Positions 25,766-53,902 of a stretch of 64,000 nt of DNA are shown piece by piece (position 1 is the stretch's first letter; each line of letters begins with the position of its first letter). A program made the translations under genes and the position numbers. This DNA comes from the human T2T-CHM13v2.0 reference genome, Homo sapiens: assembly GCF_009914755.1 (NCBI RefSeq), contig NC_060943.1, one strand, 5' to 3'. The notes under the pieces are model-generated. The model saw nothing but the letters and a program-made list of their open reading frames with translations. It had not been told where the DNA came from and made no database searches.

Positions 25766-28058
25766 CTATTTCAGGCAGCGCTCAAAGTAGGTGGAGCCGA
25801 TGTAGCCACCCCGCATGGAGCGCTGCACGTTCTGCTCAAACAGCCGCCGGTTGTTCTGCAGGACCTCTGCGGCCTCCTTGTTCAGTGGGTCCTCGGGGTT
25901 GGGCTCCTGTGGCCAGTACAGGTAGGGGGGGTCAACAGGCCAGAGGGACAGAAGGCCAATCTCCCCAGACCCAACCACCTATTCCTACTCACCAAGAAGA
26001 GATACTGCAGGCCATAAATTATGGAGTTTATCGTAAGGACTGGCTTCCAGTCCTCTCTGTGGACAGAGAGCATCAGGGTCAGGGCTTGGTGAGTGGGAGA
26101 CTGCCACAGGCCCCTCTGGTGTTGGGCAGGTCAGATCCAGGGCATAGGAGAGTGAGCATGTGAGAGGCTGGGAGGGAGGGTGTGGAGCAGGACAGGCCAA
26201 GGAGAAAACCAAGGTCAGGCCATGAGGAAGATGACTGGGAAATCAAGAAACCACAGACAACAAAGGGGTGGGAAGGGACAGAGTCTGATGTAGTGCCCAC
26301 AAGACCATGAGGGAGGCCTGGCAGGCAGCGCTGAGGAGGGCATTAGAGGGCCAGTGTCCTCACCTGAGGATGTTGAGGCAGACGTTGCCCTCGAGGTCAA
26401 TGTTGGGGTGATAGACCATTGTCTCACACTTCACCTTGGGGGGATCATGCGGGTAACCCTGGCCCACCTGGCTCCAGGAAAAGAAAAGAGAGATGGGTAG
26501 GTGCCTGGAAGGGCCTCAGCTGCTGCCTCCTCTGTCCAGGGAGCCATCCCTGCCCGCCTGGGACTCACCTTAAAACTGAACACAAACTTCCCACTCTTGT
26601 AGAAGCCCTGGGAGGAAAAGGGGGAGAAGAAAATTTTAGGGTTCCATCCTGTGGGGCCCGATGGGCAGAACATGTCTCCCTCCTCTCAGTGGGGACACCC
26701 TTGGTTTGCTCCTGGGAATTCAGCCATATGCACCCTCACCTCATCAGGACAGATGACCAGCTTGAAGTTGAGGAGGTCGTCTGGATCTGAGAAGCTGATA
26801 TCACACGTCTTGGGCAGGTTCAGCTCGTTTATGTCTGGGTTTGGGTAGCAGAGAGTCGGGAACAGAAAGAGGGAGGGGAAGAGAGAGAGAGAGGGAGCCA
26901 GCAGGACACTTAGGGCGGGTGTTTGTTAGCAGAGCCCCCATCGTCTCCTCCTGGACCCCCAGGCGCCTCTCCTGGGCTGTGCTCCACACCTCCAGCCCTC
27001 TCCCTGCTCCCCAGCTTGGCTCTTGTGGATACACAGCATACCCCAAACATGCATGTTCAGCTGTGTATGCGTGTCCCAACTCCTGGCCCAGGGTGACCCC
27101 CAACTTTTCTGTATCCACAGCTCCCAAATGCCCCCACTCCCAAACATCCTCTGACCGCCCTAAACCCCAGGCTCCCCATCCATGACCTCCACTCTACAGT
27201 ATCTACCTGTTCACCCAAACTCAAAGATCCTGCCCACCCCCACCAACCCTCAGTCCTCACTGTCCTTCCTCTTCTCTGTCTCTCAGACCCAGCTTTCCAT
27301 GTGACCCCCACACTCTCAAGTCCCCAACCCCCGCCACCCTACCCCACCCCCTCTGACTCTGAGGTTCACAGCACAATAGCCTAAATTTCCCCTCACCCCT
27401 GTCTCCAATCCCTGGTACTCATTAACCTTCCCTCCTCCACCTGTCACCCCAAACCCCAAATTGCTGTGACTCAGGCAGGCCCATGAGTCCCTGGTCCTCC
27501 AACCTACTTCACCCGTTTGACTCTGAGATTCCCAGAGACCCCAGCATAATAAACTAAATCCTCTTCCACTCATATCCCCAACCCCTGGCCTCTACTATCC
27601 CTCTCTTCTCCGCCTGTCACCCCAAACCCAAGTTCCCGTCTAACCCCCAGACTCTCGAGTCGCCAGTTCCTCCACTCCACTGCCTGACTCTGAGATTCCG
27701 AGTCCCTAGTAGCAGACACCAGGCCTTCCTAATATCCTAAACCACCACATACCGGGCCCCTATCTCTGACCCCCTCCCCGTGACTGCATGATCCCAACCC
27801 TCAAGACTTGACCTCCGACCCCCCCCACGCTCGGGGCCCTTCACCTCTGACCCTCAGCAACCGCATTACCCCTTCCTGACTCCCACATCACCCTGCCTCA
27901 GGCCCTGACCTCCGACCTCCGGCTCCAACCCCATCCCCTGACCCCCTACCCTTCTGGATCCGCAGCTGCGCCGCCGACGCCTTCTTGCTGCTGCCCTTGG
28001 TGCCGCCCGCCGACTCCTCCTCCTTCTTCTGCTGCTTCAGCGAGAACAGCTTGATCAT
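25766..28058 (-). CDS. UBE2M: UBE2M/UBC12 NEDD8-conjugating E2, 183 aa
   Basis: Coding exons 28058-27950, 26834-26740, 26607-26569, 26467-26364, 26056-25993, 25906-25766; total 552 nt; [12 protein letters not shown]; [15 protein letters not shown] active site. Confidence 0.99.
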
Positions 28059-29450
28059 CCTGCCGCCGCCGCCGCCGCTGCCGCCGCCGCGGGGCCCGGG
28101 ACCCCGGCCACCCGGCCCCCCGCCGCCGCCCGCGTCGCCTCCGCTCCTCGGACCCGCAGCTGCGGCCTCCTCCGCTGCTGCCGCCACCCGCCCGGCCTGC
28201 CGCGCCGCTCCGCTCCTCTCCGCGCCCACCGCGCGGCCCGCCTCGGCTCCCGTAGTCCGGCTCCGGCCTGGCCCAGCGCCTCGGACTCGCTCGGCAGCGC
28301 TCGGCCAAATTCGGCTGTTCTCGGGCCCGCCCGGCCCCGCCCCCACTGCCCGGGGCCGCTCCTTCCTTGCCCTCGCCAACTCTGGTCTCAGGCCCCGCTG
28401 CAGCTGCGGACTCGGGGCTCCCCCGACCGTGCCGTTTGGCCGCTCAGCTGATCCCTCCGCGAGGGGGTGCGGCTAGGGGTGGGAGGAGGACACGGCAGCT
28501 GCGGTGACGGCGGGCGGGTACTGGAGGATCGTCTTCCGCGGCAGCAGCGGCTTTAGCGCGGAGGTCGGCAACGGCCTCGGGCGCCCCGCCGCTTCGGATA
28601 TTTCCGCCGCCTGCCCGCTTTGGCTCTTCCCGCCCGGCCTGCGTTGTGCGCCTGCGCAGCCGCCGCAAACCCGCGTTGCTCAGCGATGGAGTTTGGGGTT
28701 CGGCCTCCTTCGGCTGGACTCGGGCATTTCCGTTCATGGAGATGACGCTTCGGCGGCCTTGCAGGTCACTTCCGGCGACTTTCGCGGGGCCGGGCAGGAA
28801 GCGGAGTTAGTCGCCATCTTTGAGTGGGGCAGACGTGGGCCGCTTTTGCTCGCGGTCACTTCATCTTAAGTTGTATATATGTGCAGAGCGCGGCGCGGGT
28901 GGTCACCTCCGCTGCTGCCGCCACCCGCCCGGCCTGCCTTTGACCCTATGGGTCACAGACAAGGCAGGGTGATCGCGGCAAGACCCTGAGTGAGACTAGA
29001 TGCGTTACCCAGAGGGTGCGAGGTCGAGTACCTTCCCTGTCCCATCGCAAACCCAAAGATCCCCGTTCCTGGAGATTCTGATTGAGGTAAACTAACAAAA
29101 CATGTATTGTGCCAGAGAGTGGTAAGCACTGTGGAGGGTTACAGTGGTGTAGGGGAAGACCTGTCGGGGTGGACACTTGGGGAACGCGACGTGGGGGCGG
29201 AATCGGGCCGCTATTGGCGTGGGCCTCAAGTTCCAGCGGACACGCACTGCAGCCTCTGCGCTTCCCCCACTATCTGGAAAAGGGGATGGAGGCGGGGGTC
29301 AGCTTCCCATCCAATCACAGCTCAGCGTGCCTCGGAGGGCGGGAGGAAACGGAACTCTGCCGGTCAGCGACTTCCGGCCGTCACCACGGAAACTGCCAGC
29401 CCCGTGAGCGCATGGTGTGGCACTTGCCTGCGGAGGGGCCCAGGCGCCAC
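28059..29450. promoter_or_regulatory. Bidirectional CpG-island promoter, UBE2M / MZF1-AS1
   Basis: CpG-dense; ETS ACTTCCGG at 28768 and 29370; YY1 GCCATCTT 28813-28820; NRF1-like TGCGCCTGCGCA ~28647; RFX-like GTCACCACGGAAAC 29380-29393. Confidence 0.8.
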
Positions 29451-31621
29451 TCCTCTGATTCTGCAGATGCTCCCCCAGGAGTGGCTTCTGGCCAAGGCCA
29501 AGCCCCTTCTTTGAAACTGCCTTTCAGCCTGTGTTACCTGCACCCAAGTCACCCACTGGAGGGTTGGGGGAGAGGGGCTGTGTGAAGGACCTGGACAATG
29601 GGATGGAAGGGGAAGATGGCTAGGGCAAAATAGGCAATGGCACTGGGTCCTGGAGACGCTGCCCTGAAGCCTGCAGTATGCTGAACTTATGCTCTCAGCA
29701 TCTGTCCACTTTCACCTAAGCTGCGTTTCCACTGGTTTGCTGCTGAATCTACTCCTGACTGAAACCTTCCAATGTGCATGGGGCCAGGGTGGGAGAAGCC
29801 TTCAGCTCTAGCGATGGGAATGATCACCACAGGGCAGGGAAACTGGCCCAGGGCCTGCAGCCTTTGCTTCTCAGACTGGCTGGGGTTCCATCTGCAGGGT
29901 CCTACACCCTCATCACCTGCTGCTTGTGAACACGAGAACAGGAAAGTCTTGAAAAATCTGAATTTCCAGGTGAAATCTTCTAGTTTTAAAACTAGGAAAT
30001 GGTTTCCTAGGTGTAAAGGAGTTTTACAAAGACATCCTGAGGCAGAATCTGGATCACCAGGTGTCAGTTTGCTCCTGCTGGATCGCATAATCTTGGTTGG
30101 CTAGGGAGATTCTGGCCTGTCTGGGTCCTTTCCTGGGGTTTGGCTTGGCCCATGGCCCAGGGGACAGCCGTGACAGGGTGTGGAGGGGAGCATGCAGGTT
30201 GCAGGCATCAAGTTTAGGCACAGTACCACCCACAAACCTGGGGGTTGGCAGATCCAAGTGGGATCCTTGGCTCCCAGCTGTAAGAAGTGCTGTGACCCCA
30301 CTGCTTCCCTTTGTTCCTCTAGTACTAAGAGTGAGATGCTGAATGTCCCCATGAGTACAACTCTTCAGCGGGTACTCCTACTGATAGGTAGATAAAGGTA
30401 GAAAGCTTTGGCCGCTCAGGACCACTTTAGGGAGTAGGGTGCTGTTAGGGTAAGGGTAGCTGTACAGCTGAGCTGGGGTGGGAGAGGTAGTATCATGGGA
30501 ATGAATCATTAACGCTGACTTGGAGCAAGGAGGACTGGTGCTCAGGAGGCTGGTAACCTCCCTGAGGATTGAGTGTTCTCCCAGCCCTTGGAGGCCCTGG
30601 TCTCAGTGTCAAGGGAAAATCCCATGGGATTTCATCACCAGACAAGGCTGGGCTCCAGACCTACCCACCTAGGCATCACTGTGCAGGGCAGAGACTACAA
30701 ACACCTCTCTTCACTTGCAGATCTGTTAAGGGCAGGCTGGAACAGGGGTTGGAAAGGGAGAAGAGACTAGGCCAGCACCACCTCTTCCCCTTGGCAACAG
30801 CAGGTCCTTCCAGGAGCAACAGTTTTTACATACCTCCCAGAACCAGGCTCACTGGGCCCCTTGGAGACACCCACACCAGTGCCCCCTCAGGAGTCTCCTA
30901 GGCCTATGGGGCACCCTCTTGAGAACAGAGACCTCCAGACCAGCTGAGCAGTACCCCCTCAGGCCCACAGGGCTTCCCTGCCAGCTAAGAGACCCCAGGA
31001 CTGGCTCAGCAGTGCCCTCTTCTCAGGGGCCTGAGTTCCAGCTCCATGGGAAACTCATTGGAGCTTCTAAGTTGCAATGCTTCCCTTTGTTCCTCTAGTC
31101 CTAAGGGTCTAGCTGCTTCCTGCAGGAACTTTCCCATTTCTAAGACAGATTGACTTAACCTTCTCACTCTCCCATCAATCACCTAACACCTAGTTAGCTG
31201 TGCTCTGTCTCTTGATGGGACTCAATCAGATCAGGCATGGCACCATGCTATGCACATATGTACTCTTGGTGGATGCTCACAGAGAACATTTCTTCCTCTC
31301 TGGGTTTGAGAAACCGAGGTCCATTGCCCAGGGAGAGCTGAAGCTGGACTGCCCAGGGCAGTTCTGCCCCACCTGCTGCTGGTCCATTCCCTCTGTAAAC
31401 TAGAAGCTGGGTATAGCGGCCATCCCACACGCGGGGTAGGTGATGCTAGGAGCCACCTCTCTCAGGGTGAAGAGGGGTGTTGTGGAGGTGAACCCTCACA
31501 GGAACCACGTGGTTACAGAGGGAGCACACCAGCCCAGCACTCGGGGGGCTGGAGGGTGGGGAGTGAAGGACGCACAGGTAGGGAGGCACTGAGTGGGTGG
31601 AGACCCAGTTTCCATCTACTG

Positions 31622-31627
31622 TTTATT
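31622..31627 (-). terminator. MZF1: MZF1 polyadenylation signal
   Basis: TTTATT on + strand, ~120 nt past the stop. Confidence 0.85.
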
Positions 31628-31748
31628 GGACACCTACAGTAGCCAAGCCCTGGGCGGACCTGCTTATACTTATGTAATCGCCAGCCTCACAATAACCAGG
31701 GGAGGTAGGTGTTCTGACCATGGCGGACACAGTGCGTCCCGGCTGGAG

Positions 31749-41067
<9,319 letters not shown>

Positions 41068-41360
41068 AGAGGGTACCAGGTCAGGTATCTGAGGCCAGTG
41101 TCTGCCCCTGGTGAAGAAATAGGATGAGGCTGTTGCAAAAGGAGTACAGTGAATGCTTCACTGCCTAGTCTATGCTGTACCGTTTGATCCTCAGACCTAC
41201 CCCATGTGGAAGGCAGATGAGGAAACAGGCAAAGAAAGGCCATCTACAACCCACAGACTTATGCAGCTGGAAGCCCTCCCTTAGCCACCTGTATCCCTGG
41301 TCTTCTCTCCGCTTGGGCCTGTGCAAAGTCTCTGACAGTCTCCCTGCTCCAAACACAGGC

Positions 41361-41655
41361 TTTTTTTTCTTTTCTTTGAGACATGCTGTCAGTCAGTTGC
41401 CCAGGCTGAAGTGCAGTGGCGAGATCATGCGTCACTGCAGACTTGACCTCCCGGGCTCCAGAGATCGGCCTCCCAAGTAGCTGAGACAACAGGTGTGTGC
41501 CACGACATCCGGCTAATTTCTTAATTTTTCTGTAGGGATGGGATCTTACTATGTTGCCTAGGCTGTTCTTGAACTCCTGGGCTCAAGCAGATGATCCTCT
41601 TACCTTGACCTCCCGAAGTGCTGGGACTTACAGGTTTGTTCCACCATGCCAGCCC
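41361..41655 (-). mobile_element. Diverged AluJ-type element
   Basis: Alu motifs with J-type CTCCTGGGCTCAAG. Confidence 0.8.
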
Positions 41656-42439
41656 ACAGGCTGTTTTTTAGGACTAGAAGACACTTCTCTCCCCTGTATC
41701 CTTCCCTTCTTCTACATGTGCAACCTCATTCCTGCGCTACAGCTCTCTCTTTACCAGGTGGATGGCACCTATACACCTACAGCCTGGGCATCAGCATCAC
41801 TGCTGGCGTCTCCCCCTACCCAACGCCAGCCCTTACTTCACCTTCTATTCTCTCATCTACTTCGATGTGGCTCCTCATTTGGGCCCCACCATCATTCCCC
41901 TCCCTGCTTGGAAGCCTCACTCCACCTAATCCTCCATGTCAACCTGTGCAGTCACTTGTATGGCTCAGCTCCCAGGCAGCACCCTCTCTCCCTACTCAGC
42001 CCCATCTTCTAAGCCCAACATCACACTACGCAATGCCCCATCTCAGCTTCCTGATTTAGCTGGGGTTGGAAGGGGATGGGGGAGCTTCGCAATGGGTGGG
42101 GGGGCGGCAAAGGCTCCAAGACTGCCGGAACAGGAGCCTGCAAGGAAGTCCCGAGACTCTGATTCCGCCCATCTTCAGATCACTGTGCCTTCGAGAACTT
42201 GTTTCCCCATTTGCAAGTGGGGCTGACCTCCCTCCTCGCGCTGTTCCTTCTGCAGCTGCGGCTTTAGGAAGGAATCTGCGTTTATGAAGGGGATGGCACC
42301 GCAGAATCATTCCCCCGTGGGTGGCATCGATTTCGAGGGCCGCCTCATCCTGGGGGCCAAGCCTCCACTCTTCAAGGTGCCAAGTCAACCTGAAACCCTG
42401 GGAGAGACTTGGGTCATAGCCAAGATGGCAGGTACCTAC

Positions 42440-43380
42440 GGAGGGTCCCGAAATACACTTCCCAGAAGTCCAGGCGGCAACTTCCGCTCCACGGTGCCAA
42501 GGTAGGTCCAGACGACGCCTAGGCAACCGGGGGCGGGGCTCCCAAAGCCTGTCGTCGTGGCAACGAGTAGTGATTGACAAGCCTCTCGCTCTAGCCCTGG
42601 GCGCTCCCGCAAGGACGGCCCGGATTCGTTCCCCGCGCTTCCGGTCTCACTGGGGAGCCGGAATCCCCGAGTCTGCAGCCACCGCCCCCGTCCACACGAT
42701 AGCCCTCCCGGTTAAGAGGACCCCGCCCTCACCTCTGCGCTCAGCGGGCCGCTCCGCGCTCCTGAGCACGCGCAGTCTTCGACTTCCCCCTCCCGCTGGA
42801 CTACGTCTCCCAGGATGCTCCGCGCACCAGCTCGAGCGCCTCCTTGCCCTTCCCCCACCCTCGTCCCCGTTTCTACACCCTCTCCTCCCTTCCCCTAGCG
42901 GTGGTCGCAATGATCAGGTCATACTCCTGGCCGCTTCTTCCCATGCTCCCCGCCTCGAATCCGTGCGTCGGCATGCGCAAGCCTCTCAGGTACAACAGAC
43001 GGCAGCACCGCCTACCAGATCGCGCATGCCCCCCACCACGTTTTCCTCACTTCTCTACGGGCCTTCCTGAGATTAGCAGGATCCTGCACCAATCACGGCC
43101 GTCATTAGAACTCCGTCGGTGCCCCACCGCGTCTCCATGGCAACTCCCTACAGGAAGGGGCCTCTGCTACTTCCTAGACCGCAAAATGGAGAAAGGCTTG
43201 GCCCGATGCTTTCCGGCAGATGTAGTCAGCAGGCCCTTCGTGTGTACGTGCGCGCGCGGCGCGATGACGTTCCTCTGTGATCATGGGCGAGGGGCGGGCC
43301 CTGAACGTCTCCATGGTAACCTGGGGACACGACTCGACATCGCCTGGGTAACCCGGAGACGCGGCGGGCGTTGAAAATGC
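42440..43380 (-). promoter_or_regulatory. MZF1: MZF1 CpG-island promoter with clustered RFX X-boxes
   Basis: GTCTCCATGGCAAC 43131-43144, GTCTCCATGGTAAC 43307-43320, further X-box-like sites; GC boxes; CCAAT 43089. Confidence 0.8.
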
Positions 43381-44079
43381 AATGGGGCATGTGGGATGAG
43401 GAGGTGGGGAAGGGTACTGGGGCAGAGAGATGCCGATCGATAGAAACAGCGAGGAGAGACGGAGAGAGACCAGAGACTCAAGGGCAAAGAGAGACGAAGG
43501 ACCGGCGGGAGGAAGAGAGAGAGAGACAGAGAGACAGACTCACAGACTGGGAGGACCGGAGACTCGACGCGAGGAGAGACAGTGAAAATAAGTGAACAAA
43601 CATAGAGACACGGGTCCAAGTTATAAGAGGGCTGAGTGGATCAGAGGGTCAGGGCCGGGCAAACAGGTGTCAGAACAGTTAGCAAGAGAGAGGCAGATCA
43701 GAAAGGGATGCAGATGAAAGAGACACAAAGAAGGAAACGCAGAATGGGTTCACAGAGACAAGAAATGCAGATATCCAGACTCAAGAGGTAGACAAGAAGG
43801 GAGAGGGACAGAAACAAGAAGGGAGAAAAGGGACAGAAATTAGAGATACAGTAAGATGGATTGACAGTTTTCGAAGACCTAGAGAAAGATGACAGCACGA
43901 AGAGAGACAGGGAGAATCCGAGGTAAAACTGTTAGGAAAACTTAGGAGTCCAGATGCTGTCCAGTTATATGCTACCCTGTACAGGTTGATAGGTTGCAAA
44001 TGCTTTCTGTCCAGTGTATCGCTTTGTAGCTCACTAAGCAGTTTTGTATCCAACTTTGTGCTTTTATTTCAGTGTTTTT

Positions 44080-44390
<311 letters not shown>

Positions 44391-44572
44391 AGTGTTTATT
44401 CTTCCTTTCCTGTCTTCCTAGAATCATCTTGCTGCTTCCCTCAGTACGGTAAATAAATCTTTTGACACATGCTCACTGAGAGTCATGTTTTTAACTGTTT
44501 TGAAATTATATTTGGCAGTCTGAAGGGAACCTGTTCTCCGGGCTAGGGGACAAACAGGGAAAAAGAAAATAG

Positions 44573-45700
<1,128 letters not shown>

Positions 45701-46010
45701 TGCCTGTTGAGAGTGGGAGGGAGAGAATGTGTGAATGTGTGGATGAATTAATTTGCAATTATGGGAGCGCAGGCGAAGGTGTGAATGTGGGAGAGAGAAG
45801 GATGGGCCCAAGAGTGGTTCAGATTTCGGGGCTTTCCCCGATTTCAAAGCTTGAGTTTGAGCCTTCCCCATGTCCACCCGCCTTTCCCTGTCACTCTAGC
45901 TGAGGGCCCTGTGTGCTGTGCCTCCTTGTTTCAAGGCAGGTGCATGGTCCATGGAGGTACTCATCATAGGTGTAGTCATTCCACAAAGAACGGTCAGGCG
46001 GCATTTGTTC

Positions 46011-46930
<920 letters not shown>

Positions 46931-47194
46931 GTTCCTGTTTTTCACAAGCACAGTTTTTAAAAAAAATTTTTACTGTTTTGACCAGGTGTTACATTCACAT
47001 GGTTCAAAGTGTAAAAGAGACAAGGTGAGACAGACGCACAATAAATAAATAAATAACGGTGGGGGACGGCCCTGTCTCATAAGGTTGTGTTTGAAAAGAA
47101 CTGCAGAAGGTGAGGGGAAAAAGCCATGCAGATAACAGGGAAGAGTGCCTGCTCTGGGCCAAAGGAACCATAGGAACAAAAGTCCCTTTGTAGC

Positions 47195-47897
<703 letters not shown>

Positions 47898-48539
47898 CTA
47901 TGAGGGATCACAGCTCATGACCTTGGGCCCTGAGTGTCTCCCTCCGTCTGCCTAGGCCCTCAATATCCCTGTCTTGGGGAGGAGGACCTAGAAGCTGTGA
48001 CGCATTTGGAGACTTCTGCAGCCTCTGAGCCCCCCAAAGGCATGAGCTTGAGGTTGATGTGACTTCTCCTCTCTTGGGGTAGACCAGGCTTCCTTTCCCA
48101 TCCTTCTTTCCTTCCCCGCAAGGTCACTAAGTGCCTGCCATATGCCAGGCCCTATTGGTCCAGCAGGGAAAGACACTTGGCATTCATGGAGCCTAGTCTG
48201 GTTGGAGAAATGGACCATGAGACCATCAGTCACAATTTAGGTATCCTTTCCCTGAAGGAGGTGGGGGAAGAGGAGGTGAGCACAGAGACTGGCCTGGCAG
48301 GGAGCAGCTTTGTAGTTTTCAGTGTCTAACATCTTCACTGTGAGCTTGGGTTCCACACGTGTGTATGCGTTTGTGCTTGGGAGGGGGTGACAACTACAAG
48401 ATATGAGAGAAGGGTGGTTACAGCCACCATTCATCCTGGCATTTGTTCCTCTGTTCACTCGATTGCTCATGCATGACTGTGCAGTGTCTTCTGCCTACGC
48501 GATTCTCTGTCAGGAGGTAGAAACTATATCACTTTTTTT

Positions 48540-49110
48540 TAAAAGCACACCTTTACCAAGTTATAATTCACATACCAAAAAAGTATACAATTCAGGTATT
48601 TTTAGTATATTCACAAGGTTGTACAGCTATCACCACCATTTAATACCAGAATGTAATCACAACCAAAAGAAACCCCATGCCCATTAGTAGTCACCCATCA
48701 GCCCCCTCCTCTAAGCTCCCGGCAATCACTAATCTGCTTTGTGTCTCTATGGATTTGCTTATTCTGGACATTTCATTAAATGGAATCATACTTTATGTGG
48801 CCTTTTATGTCTGGCTTCTCTCAGAGCATAATGTTTTCGAGGTTCACCCATGTTTTAACATGTCAGAACTTCATTTTTATGAGCAAGTGATATTCCATTG
48901 TATGGATATGACCCATTTTGTTTATTCATGTATTCTTTGATCAGCATTTGGCTTGTATTTACTTTTCGGCTATTATGAATAATGCTGCTATGGATGTTCA
49001 TGTACATGTTTTTGTTTGGATGTTTGTTTTTATTTCTCTTGGTTGTATACCTAGAAGTGGAATTGCTGGGTCATATGATAACACTATTTGACCTTTTGAG
49101 GAACTGCTAA
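48540..49110 (-). mobile_element. Old antisense L1 fragment (L1MB/ME-like)
   Basis: ...ATTTCATTAAATGGAATCATAC...TATACCTAGAAGTGGAATTGCTGGGTCATATG. Confidence 0.75.
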
Positions 49111-49450
49111 CACACCACTTGTTTTAACAGAGGGAAATTAAGGTAAAAAATGTTACCGAGATATTGAAGGAGTAAAAAAGTACAAAAAGAACCCTAAGAT
49201 GTCATGTTGGTAGGAACTTCAGGGAACAACATCCATTCCTAGAGCTTTATGAACAAAGGGAAGAGGTTGGGTTTAGTCTTTGAGAGAAGCTCAAAGGAGG
49301 GGAACGTGGTGGTGGGGGCACTGGGATCCAGATCCCTGGGGAGGTGTTGCTGCGGGCTGACGCTGGGGTCTCCACAGAGCCTTCATGAAGCTGATTCTAC
49401 ACATACTGGAATAGCTGCAAGCTGGTTTCAGCTACTGCTAAGGGGATTGA

Positions 49451-50807
<1,357 letters not shown>

Positions 50808-50900
50808 TTAAAGAGAGAGACTTGGTAAATTATCTTTACCAGGTGTTACCCAAGCCTGTCAGCACTCCCCACCAGTAAGCCTTGTGTCCTCATTTTACAG

Positions 50901-52335
<1,435 letters not shown>

Positions 52336-53902
52336 CTTTAATTCCCCCAATATTTTTTTATCTGCATTAATTTATTATTTCAAGTGAACTTCCATCTCAA
52401 ATACATGGTTCTCAGACGCTTCCATGAACTCTCAAGTGTGACTTATTACAGCCTGGGGCTCCTTGGAGCACAGTGTGCCAGTGACCTAGTGGAAGGCCAT
52501 GAGAAAGCCAGGTTCACTGTTCACTGTGCAGCATCTCCCTCCATGGTCTTCCTGGAGCCTATTCCCACTGCACTGAGCATTCCGTGTGTCCAGAGGTAGG
52601 GTTAGCAGGGATAGATGGACTTCCTGCTTATTTTCTGTTCACATTTCCACTGACCTTCAATCCTGTAGACTGCAAAGATTGAGCCAGCTGAGCCCCCAAA
52701 GAGACTCAGCAGTGCAGAATGTGGGCCTGAGTGGGAGGACTGCCCAGCCGCCCACCTTCCAGCTCTGTTCTTCCCGGGCCCTGGATGCTTCTTGCCACGC
52801 TGTCCTCTGAAATGACGCTCTGCCCCAGCAGACCTGTGGTAGGTGAGCTAGTGAGGAAGCACACCTGGGCTCTTCCCACCAGGCATCCCAGCCCTGGTGT
52901 GGGGTATCCGCATGGTTGCAGGCATCCCCTGGCCAGGCCTGGGTGCTCATTCTCCCTCTCTCTTCTTGTCTCCTCCCCTCTCCCTGCTTTCTCTGCCCTG
53001 TCCTCCTGCTTTTTGCTGTTTTCCCCCGGACTCCTGCCATGCCCCCAGACTTTCTTTTTCCCACGGATATGGGCTCATTCCAAGGAAAGGGTGGCATTTG
53101 GACACAAGGCCCTAGATCCCACGATGGAGGACTGGGGGGTACCTGATGCCCCTCAGAAAGAGGCCTGCAGGGACAGCACATGGGAAAGCCCCATGGCTTT
53201 GTGATCCATCTGGGGATGTGATCCATTTGGGTAAGGACTTGGGTTTCAGGGCATGAGTTGGCTTCCTTGCAGGATGCAGGTCCTTAGGTGGGTGGCCTCT
53301 GTCTCCAGCTGTAGGGCCCTGCCAGGAAGCCTCTATATGAGCCTACCTCCCTCCTGCAGGACCAGAGAGGGGTTGTTATGAACAGCCCAGGGGATTGGTT
53401 GCACTAAGCTTGTCTTGAAGCTTTTGCTGGGGAGTCCAGGTGCCCATGTCTCTCACCTGCTCCCCATACACATCTCTGCACACCTGGCTGAGGCATTCCC
53501 AGACCTAACCTCAGATAATGTGCATGTGATGAACACTCCCAAGTGGCTAGGCCTCTTGCACCTGAGCAGGTGGATTCTGCCCCAGCACTGGGGCTTTCTC
53601 TGGGCTGTCCATCATGGGTATATCTCTGGATTCCAGGATTGCTAGTTAGCACCTCACATTTGAGGGTCTGTGCTATTCAGTCTAGAATCAGAGTTGGATG
53701 AGAAATCAACTTTGAACACCACCTTTGGGGTGGCTGCATTGGCTCACACCTGTAATCTCAGCACTTTAGGAGGCTGAGGCAGGAGGATAGCTTGAGGCCA
53801 GGAGTTCGAGACTAACCGGAGCAACATAGTAAGGCCACATCTGTACAAAAAAAAGAAAGAAAAAATTACCCAGGTTTGGTGGCATGCACTTGTAGTCCCA
53901 GT

